NCBI RefSeq assembly: GCF_964204645.1
Contig: NC_134029.1
Span: forward strand, 16,796,950-16,860,949
Length of the DNA stretch: 64,000 nt
From: Tubulanus polymorphus
Taxonomy: Eukaryota > Animalia > Nemertea
Direction: 5' to 3'
Part shown: piece after piece, positions 48,550-62,063 of the stretch
How the letters are laid out: each line of letters opens with the position of its first letter
Numbering within the stretch: the stretch's first letter is position 1
Notes under the pieces: generated by a model
Told to the model about the DNA's origin: nothing
What the model saw: only the letters and a program-made list of their open reading frames with translations
Databases searched by the model: none
Translations under genes and position numbers: made by a program

Positions 48550-51500
48550 GATTGGATAATTCGCTGTTGTCATAGAATTTAAAATCACTATCATAGAAAC
48601 GCTGTTTAGAGGGGACGGTTTCGCACATTCATCGCAGATATGGGGCGCTTTTCATCTCTCATTGTTTTATATTTACGAAGGACCCGTGATTTTCGCATTT
48701 ATTTTTATAGCGTTTTTATTCGTGGCTATGGGCCCTCTGCTCATTCTACTACAAAGAATCGAATTCCAAAATCTTTTCGAACTTGAACTTTTTCAGAAAT
48801 ACCGATATTAACAGGGGCTGATTTATCGTTGTCATTATGATCATTGTGTAATAAATTTCCGATTAGATCAAAATTTGAGATGTTTGTCCATCGCTCAGAT
48901 ATTTGCTGTTGAGGTTCACTTTTTAGATGAGAATATCTCTTGGATTTAAGGATTTAAGCTGATAAATTGACCGATGACTTCGCTTGCGTGAAAAATGAAC
49001 CGTTCATGTTTTGAAAGATTGGCTTTTTCATCGAGAATTTTATGCGCAAATTTCCTGCTCAGATTTTTCATTGTTTTTATGAATGATGCTAATGAATAAG
49101 AAATGTAATCTATGGATTTCTGAGAGCGACAAGTGATGTGGGCGAGTGAATTCTGAGATTTGCTGTGAGCGGTTTTCATTGATGAATTTCATTTATCTGA
49201 AAGACGAAAAAAGAGAATTTTCTTTGATTTGCTCCATTCGATTGTGAGTTTCATCAAGATGTGAAACGAAGAAGGTATAAGAATTTAAAGCTGCAAACTG
49301 ATTTTGGTAAAGTATAAAATTCATTTTTCTGAAACTTTTCTTCCGGTCAAAATAATTCTTCTCTTGACTTGTCTGGGGATTTTACATTGATCTCTCATCT
49401 CAATCTCTTCTTCTCTGAGAGATATCGCTTTATCTATGGGTTTGTTCGGGATTTGTTAAATGTTTTGTATTTTTTTCGTATGTTATTTTGTCAGATGCTG
49501 AAAACGTCGGAGACATTATAGATTTTATTTCAGCTATTTGAATTTTTGCTGAGTTTATTGAGGGCCAGTTAAGCTTGTCTAGCATTTATGGTGAAGAAGA
49601 TTTGGTTTTCAGACTTTTTTTAAGGTTTGTCTCTGCGGAATTCATCGTTTAAGAGGTAAATGATTGTAAAAGTTTTTTTTTTTTTAAATTTGTCTGATTC
49701 TTTGTTATATCAGTGGAATCACTATTTGTGAGATTTCAAGTATTCTTGTATCGCTTTGAATCGGTGAAACTTTTGAATTTGCAAACTATATAAGATTGGG
49801 GGGGGGAGGGTAGTTTTTGGTCTGTACACATCAACTCCAGGACTACTGTGGATTACTGAAGTACGATTAATAAGTCTTTTGATATGCTGTGGTTTTGAAT
49901 GGAGTGAAGTTGTGAAAGTTTCTTCCATTTATTGCAGGATTTATTATGATTTCAGATCCTGGCAAAAATCCTTTTCGTAGAACTATCAGTCTTCTCAGAA
50001 TTATTCCTTACCTTCAGTCATATGGTCATACGTATGAGGTTTCCAGGCATTCCTGTGCTGTGTAGCTGTTTCAATGGCGATTAAAACCTTTAGCACTCTG
50101 GGTGTTTAAATCTGTAGGAAAATCAGTGAATCGTTCGAATAGTCAGATTTTTTCCAGTACCATTTTCATAACGATCCAAGTTACATTCATGTTGTGAAGG
50201 AGGCCGCTTAATTACTAACGTCAGCCAGAACTTTTGATAGTGTTTGTGAATTCCTCCTCATCCTGGTCGCTGCCATGATTTTTTGTACATAAAAGTCTTA
50301 ACTGGACATGAAACAATAGGGATCAGGGATATCCCAAACTTTGTTCTGATATATCCCAATTGATGGTTGCAGCGGTTTATAGTACAACACAGATTGATTT
50401 TCCAGGGCATTTTGGGTTGCTTCGAAGACAAATGAATACATTTCAGGGTGCTCTTAAAAGTGCTGGTGGGTTAAGTACCCAGTAAGTCAGTCAAGCCCGC
50501 TTAAGTTGGATCTAATGGAAACGATAATCTGTGTATGCGACCAGTGAAATCTTGATCCAAAATATTGCCATTTGTTGCTTCATATACAGGGTGTCCATGG
50601 AAAAAATGTTCTTATTTAGAGAGCTTAAATTGATGGATTTTGAAGTGGGAGTTGATTGAACAGAAAATGCTTTTAAAGGTGCTTGAAACTCCTTTAATTT
50701 GAGCAAAATGTGAATCTTTTTGTGATATGCTATGGTTTTGAATGAAGTTAAGTTGTGAAGGTTAATTTCATTTATTGCAGGATTTTGAAAATTAAATTGA
50801 GATGAATTTATTGCGCCATTAACATTTGATTCAAAATGATGAATGCCTTTGAATTGCTATCCTTCATTTTGCAGATTGCTCGCCTCAAAATTTATTTTCC
50901 AAACCTTCAAACAGTTTTATTACCCTGTTTCTCAAATCGACGAATCTTGAGGTATCTAATCCCATCTGGGCAGCATTGGGTTACTGCTTATGTCGCATTT
51001 TGGATCTGATATAGATGGCGTTTTATTGGCTTGGGGGTGTAGTTGAGGATGTTTCTTCTCTTGGTCTCTCCCCCCCATTGGGAAAAAGAAACATCGAACC
51101 CGCTTTTAATGCCCTGCGTGGCGCTTAACGGGTTGTGGGTGTAAAAAAACCCCATCAAAACATGAAATTACGGAATGATGCGACTTGAATTCAAAGAAAT
51201 GAATGGATACTGAACATCAGGACTATAAAAGGAGCAGCCGCTTAATGTCCAAAAATCTGACTTATTTATGGACTCCGCTGTTGATATTTATAGGCATAAT
51301 TGAATGAGATAATAGTTCACTCAATTGCCATACAACGTATCCGAAATCTGACTTAAGTGCGCTTGACTGTACAAATTTAGCTGAAGGTAGTTATGGACAT
51401 GATTCAATTGAATGCTGGTATGTTGCCATGTGTTATTCAATATGGTAATGGCAGTAATGTTCGTTGGGATGATGTCTGTAGATTGATTTCTTAGTTCATT

Positions 51501-53151
51501 TGGGCGTAATACTTTCACTTAATTTGTTGATTGTTTCTGGTGTAGGTTCATTCAAGCTATCGTCAAGAGAGCCTCAGTTTGTGAGAGTGGTAAGAAACAA
51601 CAATTTATTGCGAATATTGACTTCTTGGATATTGTATTCTGTAGATTTGAGGTTTTTTACATCTAATCCATAAAGGGGAAGTCGTTCTGATATTTTATTT
51701 TGTATTGGGTCATATCTATTGTTAAAATCTAATGCATTGTAATAAGAAATACACTAGTATGCTTGGGCTGTGTCTGATATTGCTCAGATTTAGGCATTAA
51801 GAATACATTTCATTATGTAAGTTATATCTTAAAAATAATACATCTTCGACAAACCTTCGCACAAAGTATAAGAATACATGAAATGGAAAGTTTGTTGAAC
51901 AATTTTTTGAGACGTTTTAATTTTAGCAATTTTCTTTGTTAATTAGGATTTTGTATGTCTGATTGGTTGATTGACATCCAGGCTACAATTTGGAATATCA
52001 AATTGTTATCAAATAAGGTATGCACAGAGATTGATGATAGGTTCATGATTGATTAATAGAGAATGTGGCAATCGGAGGCATCATTCGGTTGTAAATTTTT
52101 ATTTCAGAACATGGGATTGGAGGCAAAGAAGACTATTGAGGTACCTACCATCGGAGATGCATTAGGGTGCAATATTTATTGTTTCATCAATAATGACGAA
52201 CTCAGGAAGGTAAAGTTGTTGAATGAATTTCTTTATTACACCAATTGTCCATTTAGTTTTGTGGTCTAATTTATGTGATAGTGGCATCTTTTTGCGTATT
52301 TCAGTGAATACAAAAAGAACATGGACTTGAGAAAACTGTACACAGAATCAAATGGAAGACAAAGATTTACTAGTGAAATTTAAATGTAATTTTTTGTTGC
52401 AAAATAAATTCGTTCTGATCATCATTTCTATCTTATCTTTCGTATAATGATTAAGCGTCGTTTTGGGCAGTGCAATGTCTAATTTCATGAGAGTTTACTT
52501 TTCATTCATTTATTACGTACGCATAAAATTTGAATTTTTCAAACCCCCCTCCCCCTCTGTACGCAAATCGGCAGTTCTTTCATATACATTAAGCATTACA
52601 TCATGCAATTGCAGACCCTCTCCCCTATTGCGTACGTAATAAATGAATGACCCCTTAATTATTGTGCATTGAAGAAACCAACAATAAAGAAACACTTTTC
52701 CATCTCTATTGTGAAAGGGTCCAGTATCTGGAAAAAGTTCAAGTTCATATCAAGTTTGAATCATTTCTTCATTGACAATATGAATTTATCAATTATATAC
52801 TGAAAAAGGGAAACAATTCTTCAATGAAGACTTAAACTTCCTCATGAAAATGGGCCCGGTTAGCCTAATCCAGATCAACTTAATCCGTATTCGATTTAAT
52901 CCAGACATTAATGCTTTCGCTTGCATAAATATGTGTAAAATATAGTATTTATACGATCTGGATTAAGTTAATTGGTTCAGGTCCGAAAGACGCAAAGGTT
53001 ACGTGTCTACTCCTGTGTGTGACACGACCGACCCATGCGCTACCTATCGTAAAATGAGTATATCAACCGCGTTCGATTGCGGGCTGCCGATTGGTCGTAA
53101 ACCGCTCCCCCACGAAGCGAGAATCATAACAAGACAGGAAGAGAAGCCATC

Positions 53152-53260
53152 ATGTCTAACCCGAGAAAGTTTAGCGAAAAAATAGCCCTTCACAATCAGA
53201 AGCAAGCCGAGGAAACGGCTGCTTTTGAGGCAATAATGAGAGAGGTTTCTGGAGCGACTC
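53152..53260 (+). CDS. CRTC1: CREB-regulated transcription coactivator (CRTC/TORC) first coding exon; donor position approximate
   Basis: [33 protein letters not shown] is the conserved TORC N-terminal CREB-binding helix; no further exons recognised in the window. Confidence 0.9.
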
Positions 53261-53652
53261 GTATGCGAGTCCCAAATACAAACATCCCGGTAATAACTGT
53301 AATAATCTATCCATCTCTGGCAATCAATTCGTTTACAAACGAAACGAATTTGGGGTGATGTCGACGATGTAAATATTTTATTGATTGACTAGAGATTGGC
53401 CTGTTCAACCTGATTGTCAATGGAATAGTTAGAAATGAGTTTGTTCCTTTATAAAGTGCTCTCATTTACTAATGCATTATAAAATGCAGCGACGGTGTCG
53501 CCCTTGTCCACTTACGCCCCTTCTCACCTGCGCTTTCTTACACCTCGACCCTAGTCTGAATACCAGACGACGTACAGGTTTGTTTTTGGCCAACAACTGC
53601 TAGATACTAGCCTGAACCCCTCCCAGCTACCTAACAGTGCTCACGACCGGAG

Positions 53653-53840
53653 CCATCCTCCCACTGCAGGTATTCGAACCTGATGGCATCGCTACTCAGG
53701 CACGAACCCCTTCCACACTAGACCAGGTGCGCAGGTACATGCGCAGCTTTGCCGCACGAAAACTTGCGGCACCAATCAGATTGCTCAGACCATGGCAATC
53801 TCGATGCCATCAGGTTCAAGTCCCTGCTGGGGGAGGATGG
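53653..53840. mobile_element. Short MITE with ~39-bp TIRs (relatives at ~59815-60137 and partial ~40700-40820)
   Basis: CCATCCTCCCACTGCAGGTATTCGAACCTGATGGCATCG / CGATGCCATCAGGTTCAAGTCCCTGCTGGGGGAGGATGG. Confidence 0.65.
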
Positions 53841-54072
53841 ACTGGAGCGTGTTCATTTCCAAAAATCAAAATTGAACAATTAACCCTATTGCTCCTTTGC
53901 TCAATTTTGCGAGCACCGGATAGGCCTATCCATCACTCAAACTCGATCTTGCAAATTTGTGAGCTCAATCCCTCAGCAAAATTAGTTAGCATTCTAGTAG
54001 GCCTATTCTACAATACTTGACATGCCTGAGAATGATCAATGTCATGATAGGCCTACAGTTGCTAAAATATTA

Positions 54073-54507
54073 GGAAGTGATTATCTAGCCGGATCCGGTC
54101 ACCGACTTCTGAACGCTATTTTGCCGGATCCATATATTATGTAACAATAAAGTCATTTTATTGGGTTTAGGGTTAGGGTTTCGATAGGGTTAGTGTCAAG
54201 AGGGTGAGAAGAGGGTCCAGAGGGTTCCGTTTCACAACTAGGGATAGGGTTAGGGTAAGGTGAAGCTATAGGCCTATGAAGTTAAAACATTCGAGTGGTT
54301 TTTCAGCGACCTCGGTGGTCTATTGGGATGACCCTGCGTTTGTAATTTACTGGCCCGGGTTCGAGTCTCGCTCTATCCGCTCTAATTTCTCAAACTCTGT
54401 TCTCCACACTTCCTTCGAGTCACGCACCTCATCAGCCAATTAGAGACAATATCCGGCAAAATATCGTTCAGAAGTCAGTGACCGGATCCGGTAAAATAAC
54501 TACTGCC
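54073..54507. mobile_element. MITE with ~55-bp TIRs, internal TTAGGG-like tract and tRNA-like segment
   Basis: GCCGGATCCGGTCACCGACTTCTGAACG inverted at 54450-54507; GGGTTAGGGTT internal; GGTTCGAGTC B-box-like motif. Confidence 0.7.
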
Positions 54508-54636
54508 AAAATATTATGTTGCAATTCAAGAATTTTGGGAAAAAATGATGGGAAGTGGTTATTTTGCCGGATCCAGTTGCGGTCCAAAAAAAGTTATTTT
54601 ACCGTTTATCATCTCTGATTGGCTGATTTTGAGTAA

Positions 54637-54801
54637 GGGATCATTCATTTATTACGTACGCATAAAATTTGAATTTTTCAACCCCCCTCCCCCTCTGTAC
54701 GCAAAATCGGCCATTTTATCATATACATTAAGCATTACAGTACGCAATTGCACTGACCCCTCCCCCCTCCCCTAATGCCTACGTAATAAATGAATGACCC
54801 C
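54637..54801. mobile_element. PIF/Harbinger-type MITE (another copy ~52501-52655)
   Basis: TIR GGGATCATTCATTTATTACGTA / TACGTAATAAATGAATGACCCC with TAA target duplication. Confidence 0.85.
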
Positions 54802-55444
54802 TAAGTGACATCTAGTGAGCTGTTCACTGATGTGTACGGCCCGAGGGCAGTCATTTAGCCTAAAATACATGGATTTCATAAAGCTTTGCTCAATAAGCCG
54901 AGGTCCTTCATCAAAGATTTTAATTCACTGATTTGTCAATTAGGTTGTCATCTTAATTGACAATGTAAGAGCCTGAGAACACACATGAGCCGATGTGAGA
55001 GTGCTGTGTATACTATCATCACTGAGTCACTGTGATATAGCTTATGTAGACTCACTCAGGCGTCCTCGCTTACCAGGGGTCCGGTATCGCTCCACAAACT
55101 CGCTTCCACCAGCCCCCTGGCCTCATGACATGATTTCATTTCTGGCGCTTTGGCGCATGACATCATCTATCGACATGCGAAACACTTCCTTGTTCGGTAA
55201 AACGTTCGCTCATTTAACGGGAAAACCAACAGAAGCCTGATGTAGTTTGTTACAAGCGCTGTAATTGGTACGACCGGATTCTGGTTGGCTAGTAACGACC
55301 CTTAACGACTCGTGAGGTCAAGGGGTTCGAGTAACGGCTTTTAGCTTAATGCGTTTGAATCCCTTGACGGGTGAGTTTGGATCCTTGATGGGTAGAGCCA
55401 CTCAGGTGACTACTAATACACACAGCAGCCATATACATGTATCG

Positions 55445-57378
55445 ATGAGGAGAGAATCCCACAATGATAATAAAAAGTCCGAAAATGAAACTTCGAGATA
55501 GTAGTTTATTTCAACGTTTCGACTATATCCTAATAGTCATCTTCAGGAATAATGAGATACTACAGAAATTATGAGATATATATACAATCCAGAGACAAAG
55601 AGACTAATTCAAGTAATCAGAGATGATACAAACTAAAGGAAAATTAACGTAGAAACAGTTACACGCTAAAATAGATTAAAGGGAAGCAAACTAAGGGGTG
55701 ATTATAAACAACAATAGTGAGTATAAATATAAATGAAACTTAAAGTCAGTAGTAAAAAGAAAGACAAACTAAGTATATATTATGTTGCAATTCAAGAATT
55801 TTGGGAAAAAATGATGGGAAGTGGTTATTTTGCCGGATCCAGTTGCGGTCCAAAAAAAGTTATTTTACCGTTTATCATCTCTGATTGGCTGATTTTGAGT
55901 AAGGGATCATTCATTTATTACGTACACATAAAATTTGAATTTTTCAACCCCCCTACTCTGATACCTACACTGATATTCACCCTAAAATCTGGCTCAGATA
56001 TGTTGACGATGTTCTGGCTTTGGTTCCCTTTGACTTCAATGTTGATAACTTTCTTATATATTTAAACTCCCTTTACCCGTCTCTGGCTTTTACGTATGAA
56101 TGGGAATCTAATAGTAAAATACCTTTTCTGGATGTTTTGATTTTTAACTGTGGATCCTTTTTGAAATTCGCGGTTTATAGGAAACCTACCAACGCTGAAT
56201 CCTACCTCCATTACTTCTCTTTTACTTCTCCGGATATTAAACTCGGTTTAGCTCAAGGATTATTTCTTCGCGCTTTGAGAATTTGCGACCCCTCATTTCT
56301 ACCCGATGAAATTCACCATATTAACCAATCTCTCAAAAAACTTGCCTACCCCGATTTCCTATTGAAAAAAGCTCTACTTAAAGCTCGTACTACGCATTTT
56401 AGAAATAACAACCTTAGAACTCCTACGTTGGCTACCGATAAACAGCCTATCATTGTACCGTATGTACCTTTCCTCGAGAATTCTAAAGTTTCTCTTCGGT
56501 CACTAAATAAACAACTCATCTTTAAATACAATAATAAACTTAGTAACATATTGATTAACAACAAACCGAAAACCGAATCCCTAAACTGTGGAATTTATAA
56601 AATACCTTGTAAAGTTTGCGACAAAGTATATATAGGAGAAACAGGTCGGAATCTTAATCAACGCATAAAAGAGCATAAATTAGATGTAAAAAACTTTAAA
56701 CCTGAAAGCGGAGTTGCTAGTCATGTTTTTCAGACTTCACACAATTTTGATTTTGCTAATGCTGAATTAGTTTACCCTTGCAGCGATAAAACTAGAAGAC
56801 ATTTTTGGAATCTGCATTAATTATTGAAAATTCGAACAACGTTGTAAACCTTAATAATGGTTTTTCACCCCATAATAAACTTATATCAAAATTCCTCTGT
56901 AAACTGGTTAAACTCAACACTTGATTTCCCCTTTGATTATTTGTTATTTGTTCTCTCATCAATTTCGTCTCTGACTTAACTTGTATTCACCTTTGTTTTA
57001 ATTTAAGTGCCCCTTAGTTTGTCTTTCTTTTTACTACTGACTTTAAGTTTCATTTATATTTATACTCACTATTGTTGTTTATAATCACCCCTTAGTTTGC
57101 TTCCCTTTAATCTATTTTAGCGTGTAACTGTTTCTACGTTAATTTTCCTTTAGTTTGTATCATCTCTGATTACTTGAATTAGTCTCTTTGTCCCTGGATT
57201 GTATATATATATCTCATAATTTCTGTAGTATCTCATTATTCCTGAAGATGACTATTAGGATATAGTCGAAACGTTGAATAAACTACTATCTCGAAGTTTC
57301 ATTTTCGGACTTTTTATTATCATTGTGGGATTCTCTCCTCATCGCGTCAACACGGATATTGTGTTTTACCTATCGTGA
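55445..57378 (+). mobile_element. 5'-truncated Penelope-like retroelement with inverted terminal repeat copy
   Basis: RT WLRYVDDVL from ~55955, VYRKPT, GIY-YIG GIYKIPCKVCDKVYIGETGR; 55443-55773 is the reverse complement of 57013-57344; 14-bp TSD ATATACATGTATCG at 55431-55444 and 57379-57392. Confidence 0.92.
57236..57281 (+). ncRNA. Minimal type-I hammerhead ribozyme in Penelope terminal repeat (inverted copy ~55506-55552)
   Basis: TTATTC-CTGAAGA-T-GACTAT/ATAGTC-GAAA-CGTT-GAATAA: stem I, CUGANGA core, stem II, GAAA, palindromic stem III. Confidence 0.75.
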
Positions 57379-58117
57379 ATATACATGTATCGTTACCTAT
57401 ATACGCACATATAGGCAGTTCTATAATGCTCACGTGCGCGTCTACTTACACAAATGTATTCGATAGGCCTACATTAATTACCCACTCGTGTGAGGTGATG
57501 AATGAAAAGAAACATAGTAATGAAATCGTTCAAAATTGATAATTGGTAGTAAATGATGATATACGGTAAAATTACTTTTTGTGGACCGTAACTGGATCCG
57601 GCAAAATAACCACTTCCAAAAGGATATGAATCGACACATGTTGTCATATGTTTATTACTTCGGTTGAGCTTTATCATAACTTTTGTACCGTTATATTGGT
57701 TGAAATGGCTGTTAGGTGTAGAGACGTCTTTGCCTCTGTTTGCAATGACTGTCATTTGCCTATAGGCCCTATTGCCGATGATGATCTTGGAAGTGGAAGT
57801 GAGTAAAAAATCTATAATGACCCCCCGAGTAGGCCAACTACAGCCTATACTGAAAATGTTTTCATCATTCGAAAGGTTATTGTAATCCCTGACAAACGTT
57901 CAAACACACAAAAGCTATATCTGTCAGAGACAAGGAGTTGTAGCCATTTGAAAATGACTCCTATTGATACTGCAATTATGAGAAATAAGTCCCTGTCTGA
58001 GTGGTACATTGTTGAAAATTAATCCGGTTACAAGAGGGTTAAGATTATTTGTAAGAAAGTGGATATTGTGCAGAAGCAGCATTAGTAATCATTAACGCGA
58101 TAAAACTTTCAATTTTT

Positions 58118-58318
58118 AAATCCCACAATCATGTGATTGAAAAAGTTTTTTAAAAATCGAAACTATTAGAATTTATTAAAAACCCGATTTTACACTAAAA
58201 ACCATTTTCAAGGAGTAATTGTTACTCCTTGAAAATGGTTTTTAGTGTGAAACAGAAAATTCGGGTTTTTTATTAAGTTTTGATAGTTCTTTTTTTCAAT
58301 CACGTGATCGTGCGATTT
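58118..58318. repeat. Foldback with perfect 27-bp central stem
   Basis: 58192-58218 pairs with 58222-58248 around a TTG loop; imperfect arms extend to ~100 bp. Confidence 0.85.
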
Positions 58319-59167
58319 ATACGTTATTATGTCGTCCTGTTAGTAGTAGGATTAGGGTTGGGATGAAGAGGGTTAAAGTGAGAAGAGGGTTTTGTTTTAT
58401 TGTAGGGTTACGTTTTAGTGTTAGGCTCTAGTTAAAACATTCAGCGAGCCTCGATGGCATAGTGCCAGTGGTAAATTGCTGCGCTAGCTAAATGCTGGCC
58501 CGGGTTCGAATCCTGGATTTTCTGAGCCACATTTTCCATCACTCCCTGATGTCTATTTGTAATTTGATCCATGAAACTCGGGGCTGAAATTGTAGTCGTT
58601 AAACAATATCTGATTTGATAGAGGTGGATACTTTGCTAAGTATGGCATTATCCTAGTATATTAGACTATCCTAGTATTAGACGATTTTGTGTATAGGTTA
58701 CTGACATTGCACATGTGCGCTAAGGTGCTGTACTTGAAATTCAAGAAAGCATCAAAGAGAAATATCTGGATTTGAACCTACCTACCACCTTGGCCTATTG
58801 TGTACCCATGCTGCGTTTTTACACTAGTCATATTAGGCTATCAGACCTAGGCTGCTGGAACTCAAAAGTTTCAATTATTTTTAGCTCTTAACCCAACCCT
58901 TATCCTAGCCGTTTAATCTTACTCGGACCCTTATTCTGACAGTTATTAAAAATGAATTTTTAATGAAGCTTGAGTGGAGGCTTATGGGCAAAATAATGTA
59001 TACTAGAATAATGCCATATTGGCAAAATATCCACATCTTACATGGAAAAGAGGTTATCAACTGGAAATTCGGATAGAGGCTTAGTCCTTAGCTCATGCTT
59101 TGAATAGTGTCGTAGGTATAAGCCTTCAATGGAAGCTCCTAGGTGATATACGAGATAATTTTTTCAG

Positions 59168-59258
59168 AATTTCGACTTATGATTTCGACTTATTATCTTG
59201 AATTTCGACTTATTATCTCGAATTTTGACTTATTATCTTGAATTTTGACTTATTATGT
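59168..59258. repeat. 20-bp minisatellite
   Basis: About four copies of GAATTTCGACTTATTATCTT. Confidence 0.85.
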
Positions 59259-60888
59259 CGCTATTTTGAATCCTGATTTGTTCCAAGTACATGTAATTTA
59301 CTTAGTGTTAGTCGTCATTTGGAAGTTTTCAACATCAGTGGGCAGTTGCTCAAAAGTTGGTTAGAGTTATAACAAATGCGGATACAACATTTCATTGTAT
59401 ATTACGAATGTAAAATTGTGTCCCAAGTACGAGAATTTAATTATTTAACAAACTTTCGGTAATAACGAACAGATTTTCCTGTGAATTTCGTTGTAACGAG
59501 GTTCCACTCTACAAAATGCAGACATTAGGTGAATTTATTACCAAATTCACCTAACATCTGTTTCGTTCATTCTAAGCTCATTACTACAGCCACCGGTTGA
59601 TACTGTTGAAACTGTAATAACGAGCTAAGATAGTAAACTGTTGAGCATTGGTTCCTCTCTATAAGTGTCATGAGGGGGTGATTGTTTTTGCATCTAAGGC
59701 TAAAAAAAACTGATACCTTGTTTCTCCTAATCAGCCAGATTATTTTGTAAACTGTAATGTGATTTATAATCGGTTCATTTCTATAACTCCCGGGTTTGTT
59801 ATGGCTAGATTGATCTATCCTCCCTCGGTAGGGATTAGAACCTGATGGCTAGACTCGACCGTGGCACGAAACACACAAGACGGGATGTGCAGATACATGC
59901 ACAGGTTGGCTGCACGAAAACTTGTAGCACCAATCACATTGCTTGTTGTATAATCGTTGAGGCAATTTTCACGGAAGAACTATAAATGGAAAAACCTGGG
60001 CTAAAGTATAAAACAGGATATTTGATTGGCTGATAATGACATCAATTCTAAGCTATGCACGTCGCTCTAGTGTTGCTGGGTTTTGTAATGTGGCGAATCT
60101 CGATGTCATCAGGTTTGAATACCTGGTGGGGGAGAATGAAATGGATCATGAAAAAGATGATGAACAGTGTAGATAGGCGGCTGGCCGGATCAACTTATAT
60201 GCTCCTCAGAAATTAGAACAAAATATCAATTTTTCTTAGCCGTTCACTTGTCATCATTATACATCCTTCACAGTATATGATGGGGTACTGCTAAGTGCCA
60301 TCACAGCCTTTTCAAAAGACGAAAAAACCCAAAATCATTCTACCAACATAGATTGCATTTTAGTTTCAACATTAGACATTTACATTGGTTTTGGAAAGGA
60401 AGGAAGTATCATAAATGCATGCATACTCTGTGTGAATTTATCATTGATTCGGATCTTGATGTGACGATAGCGTCGCTTTGAGGCAGTTCATTCGTTAAAT
60501 TTTTCTACCTGCGAGTCAAACTGTTAATTTCTTGCTTTATTTGCTTTGAATTGTTTTTCATTTTTAGGGAATTTTTCCAAAACAACAACAGTTACATATA
60601 ACACAGAATTTAGGGGCTTACCGTGGTGGATCTTTGCCTAACGTTAACCAATTAAGTTCAAATTCAATAGATTTACAGGTAAGTTCTACTCTTGAGCTAT
60701 ATCTAAGTTTTCCCTAATTATTTTAGCGATTCAAGGTAGAATAAGAGCCCCCATCGATGATAATGAGATTAAAGATTAAACATAATTTTCTATAACCAAA
60801 CTATTTTGACAAAGACTCAACCCTTACAATACCACTACCGTATGGCAAGCTTGCATACCCGTATCGTATGTGATACGGTATCGCTTAA

Positions 60889-62063
60889 CCCTTCTTCCAG
60901 AAGGGCATATCTATCACTATCAGCTGGTGCTGCCATCTGCATAAAATCCAAGATGGCAACAGTCAGGAAAAAAACAATTTGGCTGGATGAAACGGTTCAG
61001 TAGCTCGTAGGATGATGCTGGTGACTTTGAATTTGGTAGTGAACAAATTGAGTGACAGCAGCAGTTCAGATGATGAGACTTAGTCAGAAATAGGTTTATA
61101 GTGCCGACAATGATTTTGATGATGAAAATGAAAGAAATCAGTGACAATTTTTAGACCCTGTTGATACGGTTGTCATGGCAACGGACACCAATAACAATAA
61201 TGAAGAACAAGAAACTGCCAATCTTAAGGTCACATATATCCAAATTATTTGTCTTATTTGTAAGCACAAAGGTTGTCAACACCATGGTATATAATTTATC
61301 AGTGTCAAATACATAGGTAACAATTTTCGGTAACAGGTCAGCCATCTTGAATTTCTAGCACGAAACGGCCTGCAATTCTTGATGCATTTTCATGATACTA
61401 AGTGTAAGAATTTTGGTAGGTGAAATGTCTACCCCTTATTGAGTTGCCATCCATCTTGGATTTCTTTTCAGCATGATGCCTACACCAATTCTTGATGCAT
61501 TTTTTCATGTAGTGTGATCTTTGGGGCAGCTTTTCATAGATTTTCAGGATATATTAACAGAAAATGAACATTATCGCCACATAGCCTATACCATCTTAAC
61601 TATTTTAAAACTTGTTACATCGTTACAATGTAAATCTTTCTGTAAAACTTTGAATACTGAATCATTCTTCTTCTACTGCGTCATGAAGGTATAAGGCCCG
61701 TGGGCCTCTTGTTTGTTGTTCTATTGCTTTGAAATTTTTACTACATAAAGTAAGGATATATGGCATACAATATCAGTTGGAATTGAATAGATCAGTGCAT
61801 CTTGCTGGGAAACAGCAGTTATCTTAAACTTTTTCATGAATTTCATGGCGGACATCTTTGAGTATGTGACCTTGACCTCAAGTTCACTTATACCCACATT
61901 ATTTATGTCTACTTTGTTGGCCCAAAAGTTATCAACAACATGCTATATAATTTTTCTGTGTCAGATACCTTGGTAACTATTCTATGAAGCCTCAAATATA
62001 CCCCTATAAACCCCTAAATTCCCTCCGGTACAGCAGCGGAGACACTATGTGGTATTGAAAGGG
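60889..62063 (+). mobile_element. Possible degenerate piggyBac-like element
   Basis: TTAA-CCCTT ... AAGGG-TTAA ends and a decayed acidic N-terminal ORF; TIR match is short. Confidence 0.35.

Larger units (their letters stand above)
54551..57617. mobile_element. TIR DNA element (~60-bp TIRs) hosting nested MITE and Penelope insertions
   Basis: GGAAGTGGTTATTTTGCCGGATCCAGTT at 54551 and its reverse complement ending 57617. Confidence 0.75.

Noticed and set aside
54165-54260. Interstitial telomere from a chromosome fusion
   Set aside because: Only a few degenerate TTAGGG units, internal to a dispersed TIR element.
54305-54375. tRNA genes (also ~39420-39490, ~58445-58516)
   Set aside because: Only A/B-box-like motifs; no consistent cloverleaf, and all lie inside a repeat family.
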